Shown: positions 40,073 through 50,142 of the stretch, one piece after another
How the letters are laid out: the number at the start of each line of letters is the position of its first letter
How positions within the stretch are numbered: the first letter of the stretch is position 1
From: a virus
Taxonomy: Duplodnaviria > Caudoviricetes
Direction: 5' to 3' (one strand)
DNA: 64,000 bases
Virus record (IMG/VR): IMGVR_UViG_3300025601_000007
Notes under the pieces: model-generated
Told to the model about the DNA's origin: nothing
What the model saw: only the letters and a program-made list of their open reading frames with translations
The model's database searches: none
Position numbers and translations under genes: made by a program

Positions 40073-41123
40073 TATTATAGTTTGTTAATTCTAATTCAAA
40101 ATCTGGTGCGGACTTCGATATTTCTGATTGATACTTTATTGCTCTATCCATTAAATCTGGAATAGTAATAGCTAGACTATTATCTCCTAGGGAAATCTCA
40201 CAATGTCTACCCATTCTAAAGTCTAAGTTTTTATGATAAAAGCTCTTTGTATTAAATTCTTCACCAGAAGCTCTTGGTAAGTTTTGTATTCGCTTCACGA
40301 GTGTATCAATAGAATGTTCTTCGCTAACATGGTTTTTGATATCATCATGAGGCATGGGAGAAGATTCTAGTTGATTCAGCGCTTTCAGAGTTTGTTCAGC
40401 ATAATATTTATCATGTTGGACACGATAAAAAAAAGGCTCATTATTAAATTTGTTCGGCAGAAATGTAGCTAAATCAGGATGACCTACTACGGGTATGCCA
40501 CTTGCCCATGCGTAGCTGCATAGTCTCGAATGCCGTTCTCCTTTTGCAGCGTGAATGAAAACTTTTGAAGACTTGTAAAAATGAGCTAAATAATACTTAT
40601 CCAATGTAAATGGGTAATCATAATCAAAAAAAAGCGCTACAAAATTTCTTCTCTCTTCTCGTGTGAATTGCTTTAAATATTCTTCTTTAGGGTTTTCAGG
40701 AGAAGCTCCTTCCTCTGGGATTGAGCAAATTAACATTATTTTAATATCAGGCTTCAATCTGAGTAATTCTTTACAAGTGTTAAAAAACACTTGTAAACGC
40801 TTGAACCCAACTGCTCGTGTTATATATAAAACATCAATGTCTTTTGTGCTATCTCCAGGGCGGTAGATTTCTGGAGAAAAATTACAGCAGTCCATATCTA
40901 AACAAGACCCTCCCCCCACTAAATCTCCTGGATTGCAAAGGCTGGCATCAAAAAAAGAGTTGTGACTACAAGGTTGCCAATTGTGATGTATCAGATAAAT
41001 CCATTTATGCTGTTCAGCAATAATGTGGTCAAGTGTTTTATTGTTTATTTGGAGACGGACTTCATTGGAAGTAAAGGAAATCACTCCTTTTGATTCGTCT
41101 GGTGTTTTTAGAATGCAAGCCAT
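40056..41123 (-). CDS. GT-B fold glycosyltransferase
   Basis: DVLYITRAVGFKRL and SKVFIHAAKGE...YAWASGIPVV in the donor-binding domain. Confidence 0.65.
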   Translation of the reverse strand: MACILKTPDESKGVISFTSNEVRLQINNKTLDHIIAEQHKWIYLIHHNWQPCSHNSFFDASLCNPGDLVGGGSCLDMDCCNFSPEIYRPGDSTKDIDVLYITRAVGFKRLQVFFNTCKELLRLKPDIKIMLICSIPEEGASPENPKEEYLKQFTREERRNFVALFFDYDYPFTLDKYYLAHFYKSSKVFIHAAKGERHSRLCSYAWASGIPVVGHPDLATFLPNKFNNEPFFYRVQHDKYYAEQTLKALNQLESSPMPHDDIKNHVSEEHSIDTLVKRIQNLPRASGEEFNTKSFYHKNLDFRMGRHCEISLGDNSLAITIPDLMDRAIKYQSEISKSAPDFELELTNYNNEINN

Positions 41124-41746
41124 TATTTTTTTGTATATATTTCTAAAACGTTATTTTCACCAGCCTGAGCTTTGTGAACTAAAGATAAATTGTATCTTTG
41201 AACTATGTATTCCCAGTAGTTTTTTCCCATTTTTCTTCTAATATATGGTTTAAACTCGCTTTTTGAGTGTGGATTTTTACCAATAGTAACAATGTCGTGC
41301 TCATACTTCGGAGTGTCATACCAGTGAATAGCTACGTAAGTTGCTGCCTTCGACGCTTTGTCCATAATCATATCAGGGCTTTCAATGCATTCAATCATAT
41401 GAGACAATACAGCGAAGTCGTATTTTTCTTTATTCGAGTTCATAAAGTCAAAAATGTCAGATTTAACTATTTCTCCATCACCTTTTACAACTTCCTTAGC
41501 TGCGTTTACCAGCGTCTCTGAATTGTCTACTCCTAAATATTTTATGTCTTGGTTTTGAGATTTTAAAATCGGGTATATTTGAGCGTTTCCACAGCCGATA
41601 TCTATTACCGACGGAGAGTCAGACACACTCTTCATATATTTGCTCAACTCTATCTTCATTTCTTTAGAGTAATAATGTAAGTAGTCTTTAGCAATCTTAT
41701 CTGAAGGATTCCATGAGTCTTTTGTTATATCTGTGTTAATATTCAT
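41123..41746 (-). CDS. Class I SAM-dependent methyltransferase
   Basis: SVIDIGCGNA, LGVDNS, YDFAVLSHMIECI. Confidence 0.85.
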   Translation of the reverse strand: MNINTDITKDSWNPSDKIAKDYLHYYSKEMKIELSKYMKSVSDSPSVIDIGCGNAQIYPILKSQNQDIKYLGVDNSETLVNAAKEVVKGDGEIVKSDIFDFMNSNKEKYDFAVLSHMIECIESPDMIMDKASKAATYVAIHWYDTPKYEHDIVTIGKNPHSKSEFKPYIRRKMGKNYWEYIVQRYNLSLVHKAQAGENNVLEIYTKK

Positions 41747-41759
41747 TACTGTTTTTTAT

Positions 41760-42395
41760 TTATGTTGTTTCATTCTTTTTTAAAACCACCTTAAAAGTGT
41801 TGTTTTTGTTTTCTTTGTGAAAAATTTCATAACCTAAAGATTTGTTAGATTCATAAAAATCTTTCCACTCTGACTCTGTTTTTATGTTTATATGAACATT
41901 ATCAAATCCGTTCTGCCTTGATATACCATCTAAATGAGCTGTCCCCATTGCGTTGGCATGAAATACCCATTTACTAGTTACTCTAAGTTCTTCCTTAAGT
42001 GTTTCTAGCTCCCATTTAACTGGAACATGTTCCATTCCATCTAAATGCTGCACAATGTCATAGGAATCATTTTCCATATCTATTTTATGACAGCTCATGT
42101 GAAATGCATTTATACCTTCTTTTTTAAGTTCTTTTACAACCCAGTCAGAGATATCTATACCAGCATACTTCACCCCTTCTTTGTGTAGGTGTTTAACTAT
42201 TTCACCACTACCTAATCCTACCTCCAGGATACTAGCTCCCTTACTGTATTCTTCCTGCCATATTTTATGAAATTTATCTGAGTCGTTTAAAAGAAGATTT
42301 AGCTGTCTACCATACCCTGTTTGGCTTTCATGAAGCCCTGTGTATTGGTGAATAGAGTTGTATTTATCTTGCTCATGCTTGAATAAGTCAGTCAT
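41760..42395 (-). CDS. Class I SAM-dependent methyltransferase
   Basis: ILEVGLGSG, AGIDIS, YDIVQHLDGMEHV. Confidence 0.85.
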   Translation of the reverse strand: MTDLFKHEQDKYNSIHQYTGLHESQTGYGRQLNLLLNDSDKFHKIWQEEYSKGASILEVGLGSGEIVKHLHKEGVKYAGIDISDWVVKELKKEGINAFHMSCHKIDMENDSYDIVQHLDGMEHVPVKWELETLKEELRVTSKWVFHANAMGTAHLDGISRQNGFDNVHINIKTESEWKDFYESNKSLGYEIFHKENKNNTFKVVLKKNETT

Positions 42396-43041
42396 TTTGT
42401 TTTTTTTGTTGTATTAAAGTTTCTATCATAAACCAATCTTCTGGTTCATCTATTTCTAAATAAGTTTCTGGCGAACACTCTACCATACCAACTTTTCCGT
42501 AAAGCCTGCATGAATTTTCGATTACACCTTTTGCTCTTGAGATATAAAAAGCTCCATTTTCAACTAAAAACCCATCCCACTCTTGTCTTCTAGGGCGCTT
42601 ATGAATATTATATGTAGGCGTCCCGTCTTCGTTCCATATAAATCTTTTTTGCCTAACGACACTTAAAGATGAATCATAGCCTTCGTTTAGCACTTGCTTA
42701 ATTCCTGTATCCAATTCTTCTACATCCACAAGCGGAGATGTAGCTTGTATAAAAACTATAACATCTTCTGGTTGTATGGTTTTAGCAAATTCAATAAGCA
42801 CGATTTCACTAGAAGCTTCATCAGTAGAAGATTCTTTTGACCTAGAAAACATTTCAGCGCCTTTACATTTCTGGAATATATCATCCAAATCTGTTGCTAC
42901 GATTACACTATTTACCAAGGTAGACTTATTTGCTGTGTCAATAGACCATTGTAATAGAGGTTTACCATTTATGAGCTTTATGTTTTTTTGTGGTATACTC
43001 TTACTCCCTGAACGTGCTGGTATAAATGCGTAAATATTCAT
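42388..43041 (-). CDS. neuA: CMP-nonulosonate (acylneuraminate) cytidylyltransferase
   Basis: FIPARSGSKSIPQKNIKLINGKPL, IQATSPL, ENGAFYI, EIDEPEDW. Confidence 0.9.
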   Translation of the reverse strand: MNIYAFIPARSGSKSIPQKNIKLINGKPLLQWSIDTANKSTLVNSVIVATDLDDIFQKCKGAEMFSRSKESSTDEASSEIVLIEFAKTIQPEDVIVFIQATSPLVDVEELDTGIKQVLNEGYDSSLSVVRQKRFIWNEDGTPTYNIHKRPRRQEWDGFLVENGAFYISRAKGVIENSCRLYGKVGMVECSPETYLEIDEPEDWFMIETLIQQKKQND

Positions 43042-43044
43042 AAA

Positions 43045-43740
43045 TTAAAAATAATATTGTGTAATAGCTTTTCTTTCATCTGCTTCAATTACTTTCCCCC
43101 TATGAATATAAGTGGTATCCGCTAATATAACAGTTCCTTTAGGCCCTGTTATGTTAACAAGCTCACAAGATTTATTTGTTTCAACTATACTATCTACAAC
43201 ATCGTCTGCATATCTAGTATTATAAGATGCAGTTCTAGGAGTGGGGTATCCTATGTGTCGTTTAGAAGAATTAGTAATCCATTGAAAATTTCCTTGAGAC
43301 TCGTCAACATCAGTAAGGTACATGATAGATTTAAACTGGCAATCATGGTTGTCTCTGTGCCACCCTCCTCCGCTACTGTTAGTGACTCCTTTTTTAAATT
43401 TTAATTGATTTATCAATGTTTTTTTTAAATTACCAGCCCTGCTTGTATAAGAGTTGCTTAATTTATTTAAAAGAGCATGGTCAGCATAGTTGTCTTTTAT
43501 AAAAGGAGAAAGTTTTTGTGCATGAAAAATACGTTCGTCCTTAGAGCAGTCTTCTTTATCTAAAACATCTATAAGATTCTTGTGTTCGATAAAAATCCTG
43601 TCGAATTCTGATGCAATATCGTCAACAACCTCGCTTGTGAATAGGTTTTTAATTATTACTATACCATCATTATTAAGCGCTTGTAAAAAAACGTCATGAG
43701 AGTTTTGAATAGAAAAATCTATAGCTTGTATTTGTTCCAT
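43045..43740 (-). CDS. PhyH-like 2OG-Fe(II) dioxygenase
   Basis: GWHRD (HxD), IMYLTDV, and distal HRG...R. Confidence 0.8.
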   Translation of the reverse strand: MEQIQAIDFSIQNSHDVFLQALNNDGIVIIKNLFTSEVVDDIASEFDRIFIEHKNLIDVLDKEDCSKDERIFHAQKLSPFIKDNYADHALLNKLSNSYTSRAGNLKKTLINQLKFKKGVTNSSGGGWHRDNHDCQFKSIMYLTDVDESQGNFQWITNSSKRHIGYPTPRTASYNTRYADDVVDSIVETNKSCELVNITGPKGTVILADTTYIHRGKVIEADERKAITQYYF

Positions 43741-43744
43741 ATAA

Positions 43745-45643
43745 TTATAAAATGTTTTTATATTCGTGTAATAGTTTCAAAGCTTTATATGCTCCAGCGC
43801 TTTTATGGAGGTGTCCACTCCATATTTCTGTCACCCAAGAAAAGTTAAAACCTTCCATCTCCTTAATTAGAAGAGGAAAGTTGATGTCCCCAAGGCCTAT
43901 TTGCACACCTTCTCCGTTAATTCCGAGAGCATCTGATATGTGCAAATGCTTAGCAATAGGCATTACAGTTTTTGTGTATTCAATCAAGTCTTTACCATGC
44001 TCTGCGCAATAAAGTTGAGCATGGCAAACATCATATGTCATACCAAGATTGTAGTGGTCGCAGAACATTCGCATATCTTCTGCTGACGCAAATCCATGCT
44101 GGTACCATTCTCCTCCTAAGTACCAGGGTCTTGATGGTAAGTTTTCAGGCATAATATCTACAACATCTTTGTATACATCAAACTCTCTGAAGTTTTTTAT
44201 AGCATTTTCCATCATCTCGGTCGTATCATCCATCTTGCGAATGTTTAACGACATACCGCCTAAGTGGACGACAATTCTAGGCTTTGTAGATGGAAAGTGC
44301 TTATGTAAAAGCAGTGTCTTGCTTATTGTTTTATGCAGAATATCTTGCGACCGTTTTACTTTATCTAAATCGTTAGAACAAATGTCAAATAGCTCTCTGT
44401 CAAATATTTCTGGAGCATGAACTATTAGCTGATGAGGATTAGGGGTTATTTCAGGTTTGAAATCAATGTCTAAATCGTTTTGAGAACAGTGGAATTCGAC
44501 AACTGGAGCAGGTAATGTATCATATGTCTCAAAGTCGTGAAATCTACATTTAAAACCCCAATTATTTGAATATTCGAAATTCTCCCAATCTGCTACCTCT
44601 ATTATATCTTCAAAATTATACTTCGTTATATATTGCTCTTTATTTACAGAGTTGTTCAACACTTTCCCATAATAGCTTTTTATCTCATGAGGGAATATTC
44701 CTTTTCCTGGGGATTTAAACACAACATCTTCTTTTGTGAGAACATGTCCTGGTAGTAATTCTGTTTTTGCTACGGCTGATTTGGCAAACAATTCTTTGTT
44801 CAGGGTTTCAGCTTGGTTTACCTCTTTCTTATTTCCTATTGACAACTCAAGCATTCGAATATTGTGAACCATAGTCTTCCACTCTTCTGGAAGCATTGAT
44901 GCCTTGTGGTCAGGGCCTTTGCTTAAAGTGTCAAAAGTTATATGTTTTTCTATTATTCTGCACCCCAAGCTAACCGCTGCGATAGGAATAAAAATTCCTC
45001 TTTCATGACCAGAGAACCCTACAACTTTGGAGTATTTTTTCAATTTCTGTATAAATCCTAAATTCAAAGATTCATATGGTGATGGATATGTAGATTGAGT
45101 ATGAAGAAGTATGTATTTTATCTTTTTATCTGAAAAAATAGTTGCACATGTAGAAATGTCTTCTTCGCTCCACATTCCTGTTGATATAATAACAGGTAAA
45201 TTATAAGTAGCACACTTTTCTATTAATGGAATATTTGTCATATCCGCTGATGATATTTTAAAAGCAGTAACACCTATGTCTGCACAAAAAACAACTGAAT
45301 TTTCATCAAAAGGGGTTATGATAAGGTCAAGCTCTAGCTCATCACACAGTTTTCTAATTTGTAAATAGTCACTTTTTGACAACTCAGTTTCTTTTAAAAG
45401 CGGAATTAGGTAGTCAAAGCTCCATTCAGAGTTGTTTGAGTCCTCAAGCACATCTGAGCTGTATATGCTTGGTAAATCTCTTTTTTGAAACTTTACTGCA
45501 TCAACTCCAGAATCTTTTGCAGCGTGTATTAGTTTTATAGCTTGAGAAATGTCCCCATTGTGATTTATCCCTATTTCACATATAATGTAAGTTGAGTCTG
45601 ATTTACCCTCAAGTATATTATCTATTTTATTGGTTCTATACAT
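43745..45643 (-). CDS. neuB: Nonulosonate synthase (NeuB + SAF) fused to a C-terminal xylose-isomerase/AP-endonuclease-2 TIM barrel
   Basis: ICEIGINHNGD, AVKFQKR, GFSGHERG, IEKHIT, DHKASM; SAF region; C-terminal MPENLP, TYDVCH, HLHISDA. Confidence 0.9.
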   Translation of the reverse strand: MYRTNKIDNILEGKSDSTYIICEIGINHNGDISQAIKLIHAAKDSGVDAVKFQKRDLPSIYSSDVLEDSNNSEWSFDYLIPLLKETELSKSDYLQIRKLCDELELDLIITPFDENSVVFCADIGVTAFKISSADMTNIPLIEKCATYNLPVIISTGMWSEEDISTCATIFSDKKIKYILLHTQSTYPSPYESLNLGFIQKLKKYSKVVGFSGHERGIFIPIAAVSLGCRIIEKHITFDTLSKGPDHKASMLPEEWKTMVHNIRMLELSIGNKKEVNQAETLNKELFAKSAVAKTELLPGHVLTKEDVVFKSPGKGIFPHEIKSYYGKVLNNSVNKEQYITKYNFEDIIEVADWENFEYSNNWGFKCRFHDFETYDTLPAPVVEFHCSQNDLDIDFKPEITPNPHQLIVHAPEIFDRELFDICSNDLDKVKRSQDILHKTISKTLLLHKHFPSTKPRIVVHLGGMSLNIRKMDDTTEMMENAIKNFREFDVYKDVVDIMPENLPSRPWYLGGEWYQHGFASAEDMRMFCDHYNLGMTYDVCHAQLYCAEHGKDLIEYTKTVMPIAKHLHISDALGINGEGVQIGLGDINFPLLIKEMEGFNFSWVTEIWSGHLHKSAGAYKALKLLHEYKNIL

Positions 45644-46559
45644 TGTTTCTCCAGAATTTTAATGTGTCTTTTATAGTTTCTACTAGAGTGTATCTAAATT
45701 TAAAACCTAACTCTATTATTTTTCTATTATCTGAAAGAAGAATGTTGTTTAACTTATTTCTTTCATTGATTGTCTGACGATTAACTATCTTTACCGCTGT
45801 TGTTACGCCAGATTCTTTTATAGCTGTGTCTAGTAAATGCTGTATTCGTGTAATATTTCCAGAACCAATGTTATAAACCTCTCCTGTGTTTCCTTTCTCA
45901 AAAATTAGTTTATACGCCCTAGCTGCGTCTCTACCATCAATAAAATCCCTTTGACAGGAGAGGTCTCCAACGTTTAAAACAGCCTCAGCTCCTCTTTCTA
46001 TTTCAATCAACCTTGAAGCAAATGCAGATAGCACAAAAGACTTTCTCTGCCAAGGCCCTATAGCATTAAACTGTCGTACATAAACAATCGGAAGCCCTTT
46101 GCTATAGTAATACATAGAAGTGTTGTATAGAAACACTTTACTTAGCCCGTATATAGAGGAAGGGTATAAAGAACTTTCTTCTTTTAACGCTTCTGAACCT
46201 TTCGCATATTCTGCTGCTGAGCCAATGATTATTATTTTCTCAAGAGACTTTAGGTTCTTTAAATTTTCATATAATTGCTCCAAGGCAACAGCTATGGGAG
46301 TGACATTTTCTTTAATTGACTGATTAATCGTGTTGTTGTCTTTTACTAATGAATTTCCCTTGGCAAAAAGAATGTAATTAGGCTGAAATTCCAGCGCATA
46401 GTCATAAATGTTTTTTGAAACCTTCTCTTGCCTGCATTTAAATTTAGGCAAATCATGGTTATGATACAGTACAAACACTTCGTTTTTTGAGTTTGAAAAA
46501 ACATCACTAACATGTCTTGATAAAAAACCTGAACCAATTATAAGGATTTTTTTATTCAT
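45636..46559 (-). CDS. NAD-dependent sugar epimerase/dehydratase/reductase (extended SDR, RMD-like)
   Basis: IIGSGFLS, GSAAEY, YGLSK, RQFNAIGP, RDFIDGRD. Confidence 0.85.
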   Translation of the reverse strand: MNKKILIIGSGFLSRHVSDVFSNSKNEVFVLYHNHDLPKFKCRQEKVSKNIYDYALEFQPNYILFAKGNSLVKDNNTINQSIKENVTPIAVALEQLYENLKNLKSLEKIIIIGSAAEYAKGSEALKEESSLYPSSIYGLSKVFLYNTSMYYYSKGLPIVYVRQFNAIGPWQRKSFVLSAFASRLIEIERGAEAVLNVGDLSCQRDFIDGRDAARAYKLIFEKGNTGEVYNIGSGNITRIQHLLDTAIKESGVTTAVKIVNRQTINERNKLNNILLSDNRKIIELGFKFRYTLVETIKDTLKFWRNNV

Positions 46560-47280
46560 ATTTTATTTTTTCACTCCAATCACTTTCTGGAATGGCATAT
46601 GCCATTCCAGAAAGTGTAACTTCATTGTACAAGTTGGTTAATAATTTTAAAGACTCTTCTTTAGGGCGAATCAAGGAGCAGTCAAGCTTCATTTTCTCAG
46701 TGTCGATTATACTGCAGAAAGTTGCATCAATCAAATCTTTATCATGTAAGTATTTGATTAATGAAATTTCTACATTAGCATTGTGCATTGTTTTGTTGAT
46801 GGATAATTTATTGATTTGGTGGTTTTCATTTTCTTCTGTTTTTATAGAAAACCCTATTATAAAAGGCTTTACACCGCAATTTATAGATTGAGTTATATAT
46901 GAAAATCCGCACCTGAGTTCAAAGTCTATTTTTATCGGTATTTTATTTTTAGTTATTATCTGTCGCATAAAACTTGTATTATTGGAAGGATATGTTACAA
47001 AACTGCTTTTTGTTTCATGAATGTATTCTTTAAAAGAATCTATCACCTCTTTATTTACGATTGAATCATACACAGAGAAGTCTTTATCTAGATAATGCTT
47101 ATACACATGACAGTTCAGCACTTGAACACTAGATTCCCTTGTTCCATATCCAACATTATTCATTAACATGTTATTTCTAACTATTTCTTCAAAAGAGTCA
47201 ACAATACAGTTTAATGATTTTTTATAATGCTTTGACCCGCATATAATCGTTGCATTTTTTTGTAAAATTAAATCAGACAT
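46552..47280 (-). CDS. GT29 (sialyltransferase)-like protein
   Basis: Sialylmotif-like blocks in order: L (IICGS...VDSFEEIVRNN...GYGTR), S (LRCGFSYI...INCGVKPFIIGFS) and VS (HNANVEISLIKYL); sits next to neuA/neuB. Confidence 0.55.
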   Translation of the reverse strand: MSDLILQKNATIICGSKHYKKSLNCIVDSFEEIVRNNMLMNNVGYGTRESSVQVLNCHVYKHYLDKDFSVYDSIVNKEVIDSFKEYIHETKSSFVTYPSNNTSFMRQIITKNKIPIKIDFELRCGFSYITQSINCGVKPFIIGFSIKTEENENHQINKLSINKTMHNANVEISLIKYLHDKDLIDATFCSIIDTEKMKLDCSLIRPKEESLKLLTNLYNEVTLSGMAYAIPESDWSEKIKYE

Positions 47281-48253
47281 GATTCGTTTTTTTTAAACTA
47301 AGCTTTGATGCGAGTTTTTCTACTATTTGCTTCACTTTTTTGCGCTGCTCTGTTGTTGCCAGCGGGAATGGTGCGCGAGTACAAGGTGCTTGTAGTCCCA
47401 TTTCTTGCAGCGCCGTCCTAAAGCCTAAGTGCCATCCTATATTCATAAGAGCTTCAAAGCCCTCAGCCTCGCGAGCTAGGTAGTAACGAGTTGATAAACC
47501 TTGCTGTTTAAGGTCTAAGTAGTTTATAGCATATTCTGGAAAAAGGCTTCCTATACCAGTTAAGAATGAGCATGCTCCATTATCATGTTGCATTTCAAAC
47601 CTGCTCATAGAGCCTTCTGCTAATATTATCGCAAACTCTTCTGTTTTAACATCTTCAATTACTTGAGTAGCTTTCGCCATGTGAGAACTTTCCTCTTTCA
47701 TCCCAATGATGTTCGGGTGAGAAGCTATTTCGTTAATCAAGTTGGCTTCAAAATCTACTGAGTAACCATGTTTTGCATGCTTCATCGGTTTCCCGTCAAA
47801 CAAGCAAGGTCTTTGAGCGTGGTCAGTTAGCTCAAAGAAATAGTCCATAACTATGGCATCGTCGTAATACCTCTCTGGATAAAGCCACATGTAATAAACC
47901 TTGTCCAAGTGGTCTGCTGCAATTCTTTCAAACTCCTCTACAAACTTCTTTGCAGTTCTGGTGTCATACGCAGGGACTCCAACGACCACTTTGCCAGGAA
48001 AATTCTCAACCACAATGCGATTGAACTGCAATATCTCTGAGAACCCTAAAAGATTGTATGCAGATGTTCCCGCTGTCGTCATTACAATTTTAGCTTGTTT
48101 AGAGGCGAGGTGCTGAACATATAACCCAATTTGGGGTAAATCGAGCTCGTTTCCGTGTTTCGCTCCATCATCTCCCAAATAGGTGTCAGTAAATGCTGGT
48201 GGGATTGGGAATATAGGTGTTGAAAATATTTCTTTATGTTGCTTTTTTTCCAT
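47273..48253 (-). CDS. DapA/N-acetylneuraminate-lyase family aldolase
   Basis: TTAGTS, YPERYY and the Schiff-base Lys region HPNIIGMKEES. Confidence 0.75.
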   Translation of the reverse strand: MEKKQHKEIFSTPIFPIPPAFTDTYLGDDGAKHGNELDLPQIGLYVQHLASKQAKIVMTTAGTSAYNLLGFSEILQFNRIVVENFPGKVVVGVPAYDTRTAKKFVEEFERIAADHLDKVYYMWLYPERYYDDAIVMDYFFELTDHAQRPCLFDGKPMKHAKHGYSVDFEANLINEIASHPNIIGMKEESSHMAKATQVIEDVKTEEFAIILAEGSMSRFEMQHDNGACSFLTGIGSLFPEYAINYLDLKQQGLSTRYYLAREAEGFEALMNIGWHLGFRTALQEMGLQAPCTRAPFPLATTEQRKKVKQIVEKLASKLSLKKTNHV

Positions 48254-48267
48254 TTTAACAGTTGTTG

Positions 48268-48604
48268 TCAGTATAATATATTTACTTTTCCTGACTTTTT
48301 CAAGTATAATAGGAATTCTCGTTCTCTATTGCAGCTGTGACAAGACTCGTTTAGGTCTCTATCTTAAAGGTAATGCGTGATTACAGCTCCTTCATTTACG
48401 CTGAACCCGTAAAGGCTTAGTACTATTCCAGGCTCTACGCAAGCATAAACCATCATAATTCCAACAGTGGAAATTTTATTATTTTCAGGGATGCGAGCAC
48501 AGCCTCTATTGAGATATCCGACATCAAATTTATTTACATTTGAACTGCTGCCTACGATTGCGACATTCGTGTGTGAGTAAACTTTAGGATTGGTCCATTT
48601 TCAT
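48268..48604 (-). pseudogene. Decayed GT29-like gene, missed by the ORF track
   Basis: Manual translation: KWTNPKVYSHTNVAIVGSSSNVNKFDVGYLNRG...ISTVGIMMVYACVEPGIVLSLYGFS...THYL*DRDLNESCHSCNREREFLLYLKKSGKVNILY*. The ATG at 48604 is out of frame by one A and there is an internal TAA at 48364-48366. Confidence 0.6.
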
Positions 48605-48906
48605 ATCCATTCACCATTTTCCCAAGACCTAGCATTAATAGCTTTATCATCAATAAAAACATCAAAAGGAGGCTTGTCCAATCTTAAATAATGATATTTA
48701 AGACCTGCTTCGTCAAGCTGTTTCTCCGTCAAGTCTCTCCAATCTATCCCTGTCTTTGCTCCACGCGCTGTCCACACAGTGATGGTGTGGCCTTGGTCAA
48801 ATAGTACGTTGATTTTATTGATATTTTCTGATATAGACGTAGCTCCTTCGTAATCCATACCTTCTGTTTTCATCAGAGTCTCATCTATATCTACATAAAC
48901 ATCCAT
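48601..48906 (-). CDS. Small HAD phosphatase (capsule-biosynthesis type)
   Basis: VYVDIDETL, VWTARG, KPPFDVFIDDKA. Confidence 0.85.
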   Translation of the reverse strand: MDVYVDIDETLMKTEGMDYEGATSISENINKINVLFDQGHTITVWTARGAKTGIDWRDLTEKQLDEAGLKYHYLRLDKPPFDVFIDDKAINARSWENGEWI

Positions 48907-48981
48907 TGTTGTATTATTTTTTTATTGTAAGTCTATTTCTGTATTTATAATTTTTTGCGCTCTCGTATGTAAAACACTTTA

Positions 48982-50142
48982 TTAACCGTTATCTGCGTAA
49001 AAATCTTTAATAATGTTGACAACAAACTCAACTTGCTCTTCGTTCATAAAAGGGTGCATTGGGAGGCTTAGTATAGATTTTGAGTTTTTCTCAGTGTTAT
49101 TGTTTTCATACCCAAAAACCAACCCTTTATTGCAGACGCTGCTTTGAATGGAAATTGGGTAATGGATTACTGTGTGAACGCCATTTTCTATTAAGTGTTT
49201 TTGGAGTTCTTCTCTGTTTTCAACTCTCAAGCAATAGATGTGAAACACTTGTTCTTCTGAATATTCAGCTTCGATAGGTAGTTTTATCTGCTTGACATCT
49301 TTAAGTTTTTCACTGTAAAGAGCAGCGATAGAGCGGCGTTGAGAATTCCACTGGTCTAAGTGAGTTAATTTCTCTTTTAAAAAAATAGCTTGGATACTGT
49401 CCATCCTATTATTCCATCCATCAACAATATGTTCATATTTTTTTATACTACCTAAATTTCTGAGAGCAAGAAGCCTTGTTCGATACTCCTCGATATTAGT
49501 AGTAATAACTCCAGCGTCTCCTATGGCTCCTAAATTCTTTCCAGGGTAGCAACTATATACACAAAGGTCTCCATATTGTCCAACCATTTTCCCTTCGCTT
49601 GTTCGAGCTCCATGAGCTTGAGATGCATCTTCAATCACATAACATTTAAACTTTGATGCAATGCGCGAAACTTCTTTCATATCAGATACGTGTCCATATA
49701 GGTGGACGGGCAATAAAACAATGTTGTCAAAATCTTTTCGACGGTTTTCTAGGTGGGTTTCTAAAAGTTTTGTGTCTATTTGAAAATAATCATCATGGTC
49801 AATAAGCTCTATATCAAAATCTCCGTGTTGATATTTAACAGAGTAGATATCAGCAATATATCCATTTGCTGGCATTATCACTTGAGTCCGACCTTTGAGC
49901 TCAAGTGCTTGAAGAGCTAATTTAAGGCCGTCTGTGCCATTAGAGCACCCGATAGCATAGTTTGTACTGGTATACTCTGCAAACGCTTCTTCAAAAGCCT
50001 CCACTTCGCCTCCGCCGATGTAGTAGCCTTTTTGAAAAAATGCATCCAACTTTGGTTGAACCACATCTTTAATTGCATCCCACTGCGCTCCTAAGTTATT
50101 GAAATCAACTTTAACTTGTTTTCGTACTTTTCCTTTGCTCAT
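48982..50142 (-). CDS. DegT/DnrJ/EryC1/StrS PLP-dependent sugar aminotransferase (FdtB-like)
   Basis: SNGTDGL, PVHLYG, IEDASQAHG, SCYPGKNLGAIGDAG. Confidence 0.92.
   Translation of the reverse strand: MSKGKVRKQVKVDFNNLGAQWDAIKDVVQPKLDAFFQKGYYIGGGEVEAFEEAFAEYTSTNYAIGCSNGTDGLKLALQALELKGRTQVIMPANGYIADIYSVKYQHGDFDIELIDHDDYFQIDTKLLETHLENRRKDFDNIVLLPVHLYGHVSDMKEVSRIASKFKCYVIEDASQAHGARTSEGKMVGQYGDLCVYSCYPGKNLGAIGDAGVITTNIEEYRTRLLALRNLGSIKKYEHIVDGWNNRMDSIQAIFLKEKLTHLDQWNSQRRSIAALYSEKLKDVKQIKLPIEAEYSEEQVFHIYCLRVENREELQKHLIENGVHTVIHYPISIQSSVCNKGLVFGYENNNTEKNSKSILSLPMHPFMNEEQVEFVVNIIKDFYADNG

Noticed and set aside
48268-48906. TGA readthrough (e.g. selenocysteine) fusing the HAD phosphatase to the GT29-like frame
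   Set aside because: The downstream frame also has an internal TAA and lacks the middle of the domain. An ATGA-overlap start one base out of frame explains it more simply as a pseudogene.
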